64,000 nucleotides of DNA from the human T2T-CHM13v2.0 reference genome, Homo sapiens: assembly GCF_009914755.1 (NCBI RefSeq), contig NC_060925.1, one strand, 5' to 3'. Below are positions 1 to 10,570 of this stretch, one piece after another. The translations under genes were made by a program, and so were the position numbers. Position 1 is the stretch's first letter, and every line of letters begins with the position of its first letter. The notes under the pieces were generated by a model that had not been told where the DNA came from, did no database searches, and worked only from the letters and a program-made list of their open reading frames with translations.

Positions 1-544
1 TGTTTTCTCCCAGAATCACAGCCATCTCCAGAAAGGCTGGCTGCTTCCTAAGTACAGAACCATACATTTCCAAAGTCCTCTGGTGGGATCAGGCACTCAG
101 ATTCCCAGACCAGCACTGTGACCACTGTTTCCATTGCTCCCTGGACACCCGTATATTCCAGCGTTTGAAACTTTGAGCTTTGGAACATCAGACCTGTTTC
201 TCATCTTAAAGAAAAAGTTACATAGGAAAAATGAAACCATTGCCCTGAGAAATGCAGGAAAAAAACAAAAACAAACAAACAAAAAAACACCTTGAGCCTG
301 AGAAGGTAGGAAGAAACAAAGCTAAGATTCAAACCGAAGTCTTCTAGCTCCACAACTCCTGTTTTTTCTAACTGTTTCTTTTCCTGCATAGCATCTTCTT
401 GATCAATTTCTCAACTACTGATAAACCCATGTCACAGGCTTCAATGGCACTGTCCCAGCTGATGTGAAAATCTGTTGGTCTGGTATTTCATGGCCTTCTT
501 TAAAAAAAAAGAGAGGGAGAGCCGGTCTCGACAGAGACCTCGGT

Positions 545-628
545 AGATGCCAGACTCTGTGCTGGGTGCTTTCTACGCCTTGTCTCCTTTAAGTTTCATG
601 AGAGCCTCATGAGGTCAGGACTATTATT
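545..628 (-). mobile_element. MIR SINE fragment
   Basis: gccagactctgtgctgggtgcttt...tcatgaggtcaggactattatt resembles the antisense MIR core. Confidence 0.6.
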
Positions 629-892
629 TGGTTCTATTTGGGGGGGTTGCTAGAATTCGGAAATTGCCTTTGCTTTTTTCTGGGTGCCAAATCACTGAAC
701 CGCTGAACAGGACTCTGGTAATGCTAGTATCTGGAGCTAATGAGTAACTTTATCACAGAATGCCTGAGCAGCTGGAATAAGTGCTGGGAGGAGACACAGG
801 TCCCGGCCCAGGAAAAACTCTTGTGGTTGGCAAATAATGCAGGATCTTTATGGTGGAAGATTTAATTTCCCTGTATGTGTTTTTTCTTACTT

Positions 893-915
893 AAAAAAAA
901 AAAAAAAAAAAAAAA
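893..915. repeat. poly(A) tract (23 nt)
   Basis: Direct read. Confidence 0.95.
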
Positions 916-1964
916 CTTTCAGCACTTAATGCCCCATCACAGCAGCACAGTATGCGTGTCGTGCTAACATCTGGAAATACTTAGTGGTATTACAAACAGT
1001 TAAGGAGTTCACCCAGATAATCACATACAAATTGGACTCTAACCCAGATTCATAGTAGTGCGTATCAAGAGTGAAAGAGCATTAAGTTCCTGACTGCAAT
1101 CTTCTCCTCTAGAGCTGAAACAGACATCGTTAGTTCAGGTTCCTGAGCCTGAAACAGGCTTGGAGGTCCTGGGTCTGTTTCCTGCTGGTAGACTCAATGG
1201 AATCCAGCAGAAATGAGGCCACAGGAGCCCAGGCTAGGCAGGGCCCTGGATGAGACAAGGTGTGACCCAGACAGACTGGAGGAAACTCAGTCTAGGGTAT
1301 GAGAGCAAATGTGGGTCTATAGGCAGGGGATAGAGGGGAAGCAAGGGGTCAGGACCAATGGACAGCACCAAGCACTAGGGCTCAGGGCCAGACCATCAGC
1401 AAGAGCTCGGTGGCTGGGTCATCAGAAGCACAGCAAGCCACAGTCAGGACACAGGCCGGGAACACGATGCTAAGGTTAAGGCCCTTCCTGGCAGGTGCTT
1501 ATGGAGGGGGGCTGTTAAACCCACCGAATGCAGACCCAAGTGGGGCTGGATGTGCACACACAGTCCCCTGCCACTCGCCGCTGCCTGCTGGGCCTTCTCC
1601 ACTGTGGCTGTTACGTGTCTCCTCCCAGCACCCTCCGAGGCCGCCTTCTCCTATATTTCCAAAGCCAGTCTGTGTGTGCAGGCCCCTTGCCTCCAGAGGC
1701 TCCAGCTTCATCTCAAGAATCATTCGCTCTCTGTTCCAGTTCACCCCAATGCACCTCGCCTCCCATTTCTATTGCGAACAGAGCTCTCAGAGCCTTTCAG
1801 GGACTCCTGTGGCCATCACCAAACTGTTGGCCAAAGAACACAAAGGCAAACGAAGTACAAAGCCCCCTCCTCTTCCAGCCCTCTCGGCCCCCCACCCCAC
1901 CCTAACTTGACAGTTGCTCTCTAGTGTCACAGAGTCTTCTATTTGCAGAAAGAATGCTAGGAGG

Positions 1965-2355
1965 ATACACTGGGCTACTGGATATATACCCATGCAATCC
2001 CTTAACTACAAAACTAACCTCCTTTTCTTCCACAAACCTCCTTATAGGTTTATTCCAGACTCAGCAATTAACACCACTGTCCACTCAAAGCTAGAAACCC
2101 AAGGGCTACCCCAAACTCCTCCTCCCTCACTTCTCCCCATATCCAAACAAATACCAAGTCCAGTGATTTTTTTAATTCTAAAAACTTCTCACAGTTGTGC
2201 CCTCCTATCTACCTGGGCTCCACCATGACTCACATACCTGTGACAATAGCCTCTAAGTTGGACTTCTGGCCTCTAAGTGCTTCCAGGACAATCTTTCTAA
2301 AATATGAATTTTATAGTGAGCTTCCCTTCCTTGGAAGCCTTCACTGATCTCCTAT
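1965..2355 (+). mobile_element. L2 LINE fragment
   Basis: gctagaaacccaagg...ctccccatatccaa...aatctttctaaaatatgaa matches the degenerate L2 3' region. Confidence 0.65.
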
Positions 2356-2651
2356 GGGAGATGGATGGCATTTGCTCCTCATCAGAAATCCAAGACCCTG
2401 GGAGATATCAGTCCTTTATCTCCTCCAGCCTCCTCTTTCTCCCTGGTTCAGATCAGAGGGATTTAACCAGGACTGTGAATAGGCTGCAAAGTCCATCAAG
2501 ATCTACCAAGATCATGTGCACAATGCCGGGCATATGTGTGCCAGAAATGGAGAGACTCCCAGTAGCTTTCAAATGTCTCTCAAGAGTCCATGGCCCAAAC
2601 ACAAGGTAAGAATCCTTCATATGGCATTCCTCCACAAGCTAGGCCCTGCTA

Positions 2652-3195
<544 letters not shown>

Positions 3196-3284
3196 GGTCT
3201 TGATATTGTATTGTCTTTATGATTCTCGGTTATTTTGTATGCTCTTGATTATTTTTGGCCTCACAACCAGATTATAAGTTGCAA

Positions 3285-3385
3285 CTGGATTGTAAGTTCC
3301 TTAAGGGCAGGGACCATGATTTATACATGTTCGATATTGCTTGTAGGACATAGTAGCCACATTAGAAATATTTTGATTCACTGAA
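3285..3385 (+). mobile_element. L2 3' terminus
   Basis: ctggattgtaagttccttaagggcagggacc matches the L2 3' end. Confidence 0.7.
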
Positions 3386-3730
3386 ACAAGAAAACATCTG
3401 GAAGAAAATGTGGGAAAGTCCTGAAACAAAGGCTTCTTGGGACAGAACTTGCCAGCTATTTCATGCATGGAGATGTAAAAATAATTATTTGATGAATGAG
3501 TATTCACTGGTTTGTACCTGTGGATGCAACAGGGTAGAGTCTGTGTGGTGGTGGCTCAGTGCAACCACAGCTTACATGAATCTATTTCCTAGGATGGGAG
3601 ATACACAGGCCGGTGTAGTAGGAAATACATGGGGCTATGAATAGCTCAGCAAAAGCAAAAGATGTACTGTTTCATGTATTTTTTAGCTACAGGAGAAAAA
3701 AAATCATTATTGAAATAAAGATGCTGCTTT

Positions 3731-4309
3731 AAGAGCTAGAACCAGAAATACCATTTGACCCAGTAACCCCATTGCTGGGTATATACCCAGGGGAATAGAA
3801 ATAATTCTGTTACAAAGATGCATGCACATGTATGTTCACTGCAGCATTATTCACAGTAGCAAAGACACAGAATCAACCCAAATGCCCATCGATAATAGAC
3901 TGGATAAAGAAAATGTGGTACATATACACCGTGGAATATTGTGCAGCCATAAAAAAGAATGAGATCATATCCTTTGCAGGGACATGGATGAAGCTGGAAG
4001 CCATTATCCTCAGCAAACTACCGCAGGGACAGAAAAACCAAACACCACATGTTCTCACTTATGAGTGAGAGCTGAACAATGGGATCACATGGACATGGGG
4101 AGGGAAACGGCACACACTGGGGCCTGTTTGGGGGTAGAGTGGGGTGGAGGGAAAGTATTAGAAAGGATAGCTAATGCATGCTGAGCTTAATACCTAGGTG
4201 ACGAGTTGATGGGTACAGCAAACCACCATGGCACATGTTTACCTATATAACAAACCTGCACTTACTGCACATGTATCTTGGAACTTAAAACTGAAAAAAA
4301 GAAAAAAAC
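3731..4309 (+). mobile_element. 5'-truncated L1PA (ORF2 C-terminus + 3'UTR + polyA)
   Basis: ORF 3832-4068 MFTAALFTVAKTQNQPKCPSIIDWIKKMWYIYT is the L1 ORF2p C-terminus; G-rich 3'UTR; perfect 14-bp TSD aaagatgctgcttt (3717-3730, 4310-4323). Confidence 0.95.
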
Positions 4310-4705
4310 AAAGATGCTGCTTTGTAGATGACACCACAAGGTAAGGAAGTAACTTTTTTTATTATTAAATCTATCAATCGGTCTATAAGAATTTGTTGCT
4401 CTCTGCTGTTGGTGCTATACCAGGCACAGGATTTGGGGACTGTGTGCCTCCTCCTCTCCAGAGCATAAGAAACCAGTAGACATGAAAAAAGTAACAGATC
4501 TAAATGATGAAGGGTTAAACTGGTGGTGTGAACTCAAAGGGAAACGTTCAGGAAAGGAGACCTCACACTCTAAGGTGAATTCTTTATTCTAACCCAAAGC
4601 TAAAGTGCTAATATTGTCTTGGCATAAACAATACCACAGGAAACCAGGGGCTGGGCCAGCTAGAGGGCCTTTGTCAAGCACTGTGGCTGCTTCTAAGGGT
4701 AGAGA

Positions 4706-4777
4706 GGCTGCCCCGGGCTGGCTTGTGTGTGGAAGGCGGAGGGCTGCCCCGGGCTGCCTTGTGTGTGGAAGGCGGAG
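4706..4777. repeat. 36-bp tandem duplication
   Basis: ggctgccccgggctg(g/c)cttgtgtgtggaaggcggag x2, 1 mismatch. Confidence 0.95.
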
Positions 4778-4984
4778 GAGACACTGTTTGGGATGTCGCT
4801 CTGCCCTCCACCCATCACAGCCCTCAAAGCCCCCACCTTTGACGGGGAGCGTCTTCCCTTTCCTGCACAAATGCCACTGACAGTGTTAATGGACTAGGCT
4901 GCTCCTCCTCTTGACTGTCCCACCCCAACCCCCCAATCCCATCATACACAGACCAGAAGGCACATTCTATCCACCACCTCGTTC

Positions 4985-5110
4985 TCCTCATCTCCAAAGT
5001 GAGAAAACAATTTCTGCCTTTTGTGGTTGTTGTCAGAGGGTGAACTGAGACCTGTGTCTTCAGGACCTAGAGCATAGTATGCACAAAATTAATGGTGGTT
5101 GCTAATGATT
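4985..5110 (+). mobile_element. MIR fragment
   Basis: cctcatctccaaagtgagaaaacaa...ggttgttgtcagaggg resembles the MIR core and 3' end. Confidence 0.55.
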
Positions 5111-5235
5111 TTATTTTATTCCCTTCGTTGAAGGACTTGTATCACATTCCTGTGTTTGCCTCTCTGACCTGCCAAAGAGCATAAGGGCTCAGAGGGAAGG
5201 AGATACAGCTAAAAAAAATAAAATAAAATAAGCCC

Positions 5236-5669
5236 TTCTATGGTTTGAGTGTTTGTCCCCTGCAAAACTCATATTGGAATGTAAGCCCAGTGTGGCAGTG
5301 TTGAGAGGTGGGGCCTTTAAGTGGTGATTGGGTCATGAAAGCTCTGCCCTCATGAATGAATTGATCTATTCATGGATTAATAGATTAGTGGGTTATTGGG
5401 TTATCATGGGAGTAAAACTGGTAGCTTTTTAAGAACAGGAAGAGAGACCTGAGCTAGTACGTTCAGCCCCTTACCATGTGATGCCCTGCACACGTCATCC
5501 TCTGCAGAGAGTTCCCAGCAGCAAGAAGGCCCTCACCAGATGCGGCCCCTCCACCTGGGACTTCCAAGCCTCCATAACTATAAGAAACAAATTCCTTTTT
5601 TTAAAAAAAAGGAATGTATTACCCAAATTCAGGTATTCTGATATAAGCAACAGAAAATGGACTAAGACA
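5236..5669 (+). mobile_element. MST-family (MaLR) solo LTR
   Basis: t(g/t)ctatggtttg...acagaaaatggactaagaca termini; 5-bp TSD agccc. Confidence 0.92.
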
Positions 5670-6239
5670 AGCCCCAACCCTGCCAATGCCCAGCACAATG
5701 CCCAACACACTTGTGCATGCCAGCTCCCAGGCAACAGTGGCAATGGCCGGAATAAAAATAGCCCAGGCCCCCAGGATTTGAGTAAACAGCAGCATTTCAT
5801 TTTTCAAGTGGAATTTGGCTGAGGCAACGGCACATTGCACCTCCTTTACCAAACGGCATTCGCTTCTCCCACACCTCACCTCACCCAACCCCTCGCTGAC
5901 CACTTGGAATTTAGGGTGATTCACCTGGGCCCCAAAGCCATCACCCCCCCACAGAGGGCAGCAAAGGGACAAGCGGCAGGGAGGATCCTTTGTTCATATC
6001 TCCCTGGATGTGCTCTCCAGAGGCAAACTCACTCTCTACGAACTCGAGTCCAAAAGCATGAGAACAGGAGGAAATGTTCGGCTGGGCATTTCTTAATCAA
6101 ACAAAATAAACTCGGCTACAAGTAGCTTCGAATCTGCCCTCTGGGAGCAGTTCTCTGCCTTTGACACGCTCCCTGGAGACCCATGCTTTGGAAAGGAGAT
6201 TTAAGATTCCCACCGTAGAGTAAATGCACTCTTCAATTG

Positions 6240-6440
6240 CAATGCAGCAAAAATGGCCACATATCGGCCATGATAAACCCGTGGCCATATAAACACAGGC
6301 TTCTCTCTCTTCTCACCATGGCCTTTGAATCATAATAAACTTCCCTTGGGTTTTGGGTAGTTGTGTTTTTGTTGCATTTAGTTTTTTTCCAATGTATTTA
6401 AATGCCAACCACTCCCTCCTCGTTCATATTTGCATTATGG
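6240..6440. promoter_or_regulatory. Candidate enhancer (motif cluster)
   Basis: YY1-like AAAATGGC, TGATAA (6271), TCF/LEF CCTTTGAAT (6322-6330), octamer ATTTGCAT (6428-6435) in repeat-free DNA. Confidence 0.35.
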
Positions 6441-6699
6441 ACAAGCTCGTGCCTTTCAGTACAAATAATCCGATGGCAACACGTGGCTACCAACTTGCCC
6501 CGTTTCTAGGAAAAGCTGAAGCTGATCATCCTCACCTCCTTGGTGTGAGAACACAGGACCGGGGGGCCTCCGATCTCCTCCTGCCCATTCTGCATATGAA
6601 AGAGGGAGTGAGAAGGAAGCCGCAGGGCCTTCTCCAAAACACAGCGGGGCACTGCTTGCAGGTGGCCCGCCAAAGCCGTTCTGTTGTTCCTCCATGGCA

Positions 6700-7050
6700 G
6701 CAGCATTTCTACCTGGGCATACGGCCTTCCAGAATAAACACCACCTTCTCAGCCTCCTTTGCCACCAGATGTGGCCATGTAGTAAGGGCTAGGGAGCAGC
6801 AAGTAAGCTGAAGTGCCCTGTGGCTGCACTTGGCGTTTCTTCTTTGTCCCCTCTTCCTTCCTGCTGCCTGAAATGTGGGTGCCGCCATCTCCGACCACGA
6901 GGATGAGGAATGGCTTTGTAGACAGGTACTTTAACAAGGACAGAGCTGAGGATCTAGGGAATCTGGGCCCCTGAGGACTTGGTGGATCACTTCCCTCTGG
7001 ACTTGGTTTATGTGGGAGAAATAAACTCCCATCTTGTTTAAGCCATACTT
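6700..7050 (+). mobile_element. LTR33/LTR16-like ERVL LTR
   Basis: cagcctcctttgccaccagatgtggccatgt...gagaaataaactcccatcttgtttaagcca. Confidence 0.65.
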
Positions 7051-7112
7051 ACATTGATTGGCCCTTTTGTACCTTGGAATTGAGGACACCCCCCACCTCC
7101 CCCACTTTGCCT

Positions 7113-7159
7113 CCTTTAGGGGTTTCCAGGCCAGACTGTCCCCGAGTAGTGATCGGCCT
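7113..7159 (+). repeat. Left copy of 47-bp inverted repeat core (partner 8738-8784)
   Basis: 40/47 identical to the reverse complement of 8738-8784, ungapped, by manual alignment. Confidence 0.9.
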
Positions 7160-7371
7160 ATGGAATTGAGGGTCCCACCACCACCCTCACCTTGCCTCCT
7201 TCCAACAATTCTGTCCCAAAACAAAGTCGCCACTGAAGATGGTTAGATTTGGGCAGGTCTAATCCACTAGATCCTGCCTACAAAGCCATTCCTCAACATG
7301 AGAACCAAAAAGCACCAGTCATCGCCCAAGCAGCCTTAAGATGGTGTTCAGAAAAGCAGAGCCAGCGGTCC

Positions 7372-7626
7372 ATCCTTTCATTTCTCACTTATTTTATGAG
7401 TGAGGACTCTGCACCAGGCACTGGACTAGATCCTGGAGATACAGCTGTAAACAGGACAGACTGGGCCCTGACCTCCCGGGGAAGGCTCACAATTCCACAG
7501 AGAACCAGGAGCTGCAATAAGATGAAGGATGCATGATCAGGGCAGCGTGAGGTACGGTGGGTGCATGGCTGGGGCTCTGCCTGGCCAGGGAGCGTGTCCT
7601 TTGACGTGTGAGCTGAGACTTGAAGG
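7372..7626 (-). mobile_element. L2 3' end
   Basis: caccaggcactggactagatcctggagatacagctgtaaacaggacaga...tgagctgagacttgaagg. Confidence 0.75.
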
Positions 7627-8019
7627 GAACTTACAAAGATGTCCACTCATCCTGCATTTATCAGACTCATTCTCACTGGAGGACAAATGGCTAGGACCGG
7701 CTAAGGGAGAAATATGTACAAGAGCTGGGAGGCAGAGGTGGAGGGGCTCACAGGAGGGGCTCGCTAAGGCTTATGCATCGCCACTCTCCGCTGGGTCACC
7801 ATGCCATCAGCCACAGCTGGCCTGGCATCACCTCTGGCTTCCATGCATCCTCGTCTTCAGCTTCAGGTGCACCTGCACCTGGGTCAGTCCAAGTGCTGGA
7901 TCGGGTGTGGGTGCAGCTCTGTAGTGGGGGGCACCAATGTGGTGAGGACAGAGATGGCCACTGTGTCCTCATAGGCTCCACTTTCCCTCTTCTCTCCTCC
8001 CCACAACTCACCCTGCTGA

Positions 8020-8262
8020 CCTACAGTAGAGACCTCAGGCCAAACACCTGGATCAAAGGCAACAGCCCTCCACAGGTGTCTTCACCTGCTCCCCTGGGTG
8101 GTCCCAAGCAAACACTTGCCTCTGATCCCCACACAGTGTCCTCCCAGATTTGACTTCCCAGCTTCTCCCATGATGGGGCAAGCCTGCATCCCTCTAATCA
8201 ATCTCTCATTCCTTTAGCTTCATAAGCATTCTGCTTTTCTCTGTCAGAGTCTAACTGATCCA
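8020..8262 (+). mobile_element. Degenerate ERVL-type LTR 3' part
   Basis: cagatttgacttcccagcttctccca...ttctgcttttctctgtcagagtctaactgatcca resembles ERVL LTR ends. Confidence 0.4.
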
Positions 8263-8289
8263 AACATCAATGCGGTGACATTTCAAGAA

Positions 8290-8632
8290 AGCCTATAGTG
8301 TTGTTCCAGATTACAGGACATATAAATATAGTGAATAACATTGGGACCTTTGGTGAAATGTGAATCTGGCCTTTATGTTAGACAACAATATTGGGTGTGG
8401 TAAACATATTGTGGTTATGTAAGAGAAACTCCTTATTCCTAGGAGTTGCTAAAGTATTTAAGGGTGAAGAGCCATAATGTCTACATCTTAATCTCAAACT
8501 ATTCAGCAAAAAACAGGAATAATATCTATACCTAGAGGGAGAGAAAGCAAAATGCTCATTTATAAATTCACAGGAAAGATATACTATGCTTGCAACTTTT
8601 CCAAGGTATGAATTATTTCCCAAAAAAAAACA
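8290..8632 (+). mobile_element. Old L1M (L1MC/ME) 3' end
   Basis: attgtggttatgtaagagaa...tgctaaagtatttaagggtgaa...cttgcaactttt...aattatttcccaaaaaaaa. Confidence 0.75.
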
Positions 8633-8737
8633 AAGAATACAATGGAAAGATGAAAAAGCGTAAGGAGAATGGGAGGTAGACAGAAGCAGGCTGGGAGGAG
8701 GTGCTGAAGAGAAGAGCTTGGAACTCCTGAGTCGCCG

Positions 8738-8784
8738 AGGCTGATCACTCTTGGGGGACAGTCTAGCCTGGACACTCCTAAAGG
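8738..8784 (-). repeat. Right copy of 47-bp inverted repeat core (partner 7113-7159)
   Basis: aggctgatcactcttgggggacagtctagcctggacactcctaaagg. Confidence 0.9.
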
Positions 8785-8869
8785 CTGGGGGAAAGAGCCA
8801 CACGGTGTCCTCTGGCTCTGGGCCTCAGCCTCCCCACATGTCAACAGCCACCTTCCTAACTTTGTTTGC

Positions 8870-9165
8870 CCTGCTATTTATAGAGCGATCACTTTTCTAC
8901 ATAAAGCCCCGAAATAGAAGTGTTGAAAGAGCAGCTGGTGCCTCACGGGAACCTAATAAAACGTCTGTTTCCAAACAGGCCTGCTTCTCTCTGTCATAAA
9001 TATTCTGTAGTTCTTGCACTCTCATTCTGTAATAGCAGGCACATTTGCATAAAAACAGGATTCAGTTTATTAAGAATTTATCCCTTCCCTGCTGTTTACT
9101 GCCTGCCTGAAGATTCCCAGGGTCGCACATGACGTGACCCGGGGTAGGGTCACACCTGACTTTAG
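8870..9165. promoter_or_regulatory. Candidate enhancer (dense motif cluster)
   Basis: MEF2 CTATTTATAG 8874-8883; HOX/CDX CTAATAAAA and GTCATAAA; octamer ATTTGCAT 9043-9050; FOX TGTTTAC 9093-9099; CRE-like TGACGTGA 9130-9137; nuclear-receptor ER6 TGACCC-n6-GGGTCA 9135-9152. Confidence 0.5.
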
Positions 9166-9206
9166 CCCACAGATGAGGGGTACCCCACAAAAAGAGAGAG
9201 TGAATG

Positions 9207-9499
9207 GGCCGGGCGAGGTAGCTCACACTTATAATCCCAGCAGTTTGGGAGGCTGAGGCGGATGGATCACCTGAGGTCAGGAGTTCAAGACCAGCCTGGT
9301 CAACGTGGTGAAACCCCATCTCTACTGAAGATACAAAAATGAGCTGGGCATGGTGGTGGTGAGCGCCTGTAATCCCAGCTACTCAGGAGGCTGAGGCAGG
9401 AGAATCACTTGAACCTGGGAGGTGGAGGTTGCAGTGAGCTAAGACGTGCCACTGCACCCCAGCCTGGGCAACGCAGCAAGACTCTGTCTCTAAAAAAAA
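9207..9499 (+). mobile_element. AluS (Sx-like)
   Basis: Full dimeric Alu with short A tail. Confidence 0.95.
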
Positions 9500-9798
9500 G
9501 ACAGAATGAAGGCATAAAGAAGGGTGTGGACATCCGTGGGCTTCTATTCCTCTACTACAGCAAAAAAAAAAAAAAAAAGAAAGAAAAAAAGAAAAGAAAA
9601 GAAAAACCCATAAAATTTGACACACATACACACACGCCAAGCGAATTAGCTTGCCAGGTCCCTAGGGGAATGTTTGGTGGGGCCTGGAAGGGCAGCCATC
9701 ACCGGATGGAGAGGCAGACGCCTGAGATGGCCTTTAGGGTCCTCTTGTCCCCTGAGACTTCCTGTCTTTTTTTGGCTTTCAGATTTGTCATTGGATGA

Positions 9799-10570
9799 TG
9801 TATTAGTCTTCTAAGACTGTGCTATGGTTTGAATGCACATATCCTCCAAAACTCATGTTGAAACTGAATCCCCAATATGACAGTATTGAGAGGTGGGGAC
9901 TTTAAGAGGTAATTGGGTCATGAGAGCACTGCCCTCATAAATGGATTAATCCATTTGTGGATTAATGGGTTCATGGGTTATCATGGAAGGGGAACCAGTG
10001 GCTTTATGAGAAGCGGAAGAGAGACCTGAGCAAGCCCGCTCGGCCCCCTCACCGTGTGAAGCCCTGCTCTGCTGTGGGGCGCTGCAGAGAAGGCTCTCAC
10101 CAGATGTGCCCCCTTGACCGTGGACTTCCCAGCCTTCTAAACTGTAAAAAATAAATCCTTTACTTTACAAATTACCTAGTTTCAGGTAATTCAACATAAG
10201 TAACAGAAAATGGACTAAGACAGGCTGCTATCACAAATCTATCCCAAGCCGGGTGGCTTAAACAACGGGAATTTCTTTCTCGCAGTCTGGAGGCTGGGGG
10301 ACCCAAGATCAAGGTGCCAGCTGATTGGGGCCCTGGTGAGGGCTCCCCCTGGCCTGCAGCCAATTGCTTCTCCCCGTGTCCTCACATGGTGGAGAGAGAG
10401 AGGAGCGTCGAAGGGCACCAACTCTATCGGATCAGGGCTCACCCTGATGACCTCGCTTAACCTCAGCCACCTCCGTAAAGCTCCAATCTCCAAACACAGT
10501 CACATGGAGGGCTGGAGCCTCAACATATGAACTGGGGTTGGTGCAGGGACATAGACAGTCGGTCCATACA
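9799..10570 (-). mobile_element. MLT1A-type MaLR LTR interrupted by an MST LTR
   Basis: tgtattagtcttctaagactg | ggctgctatcacaaa...ggtggcttaaacaac...ggtccataca. Confidence 0.85.
9820..10222 (+). mobile_element. MST-family solo LTR nested in MLT1A
   Basis: tgctatggtttgaatg...aacagaaaatggactaagaca; TSD gactg/ggctg. Confidence 0.92.

Noticed and set aside
1140-1500. Possible very old LTR fragment
   Set aside because: Composition is suggestive but I could not match termini or a consensus.
1410-1924. Overlapping 120-166 aa ORFs (similarly 10432-11203, 47553-48461, 52013-52519)
   Set aside because: Several frames open at once, mostly non-ATG starts, no domain or exon structure; consistent with chance.
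3832-4068. ORF with a real protein match (also 18260-18496)
   Set aside because: L1 ORF2p C-terminal remnants in truncated elements, not genes.
7058-8803. Similar peptides FRGFQARLSPSSDRP and FRSVQARLSPKSDQP as duplicated coding exons
   Set aside because: Most differences are non-synonymous and no splice-bounded exon is evident; the peptide similarity simply reflects the DNA inverted repeat.
5236-10222. Two same-orientation MST LTRs as ends of one provirus
   Set aside because: Each has its own TSD (agccc; gactg/ggctg) and the interval is not MaLR internal sequence, so they are independent solo LTRs.
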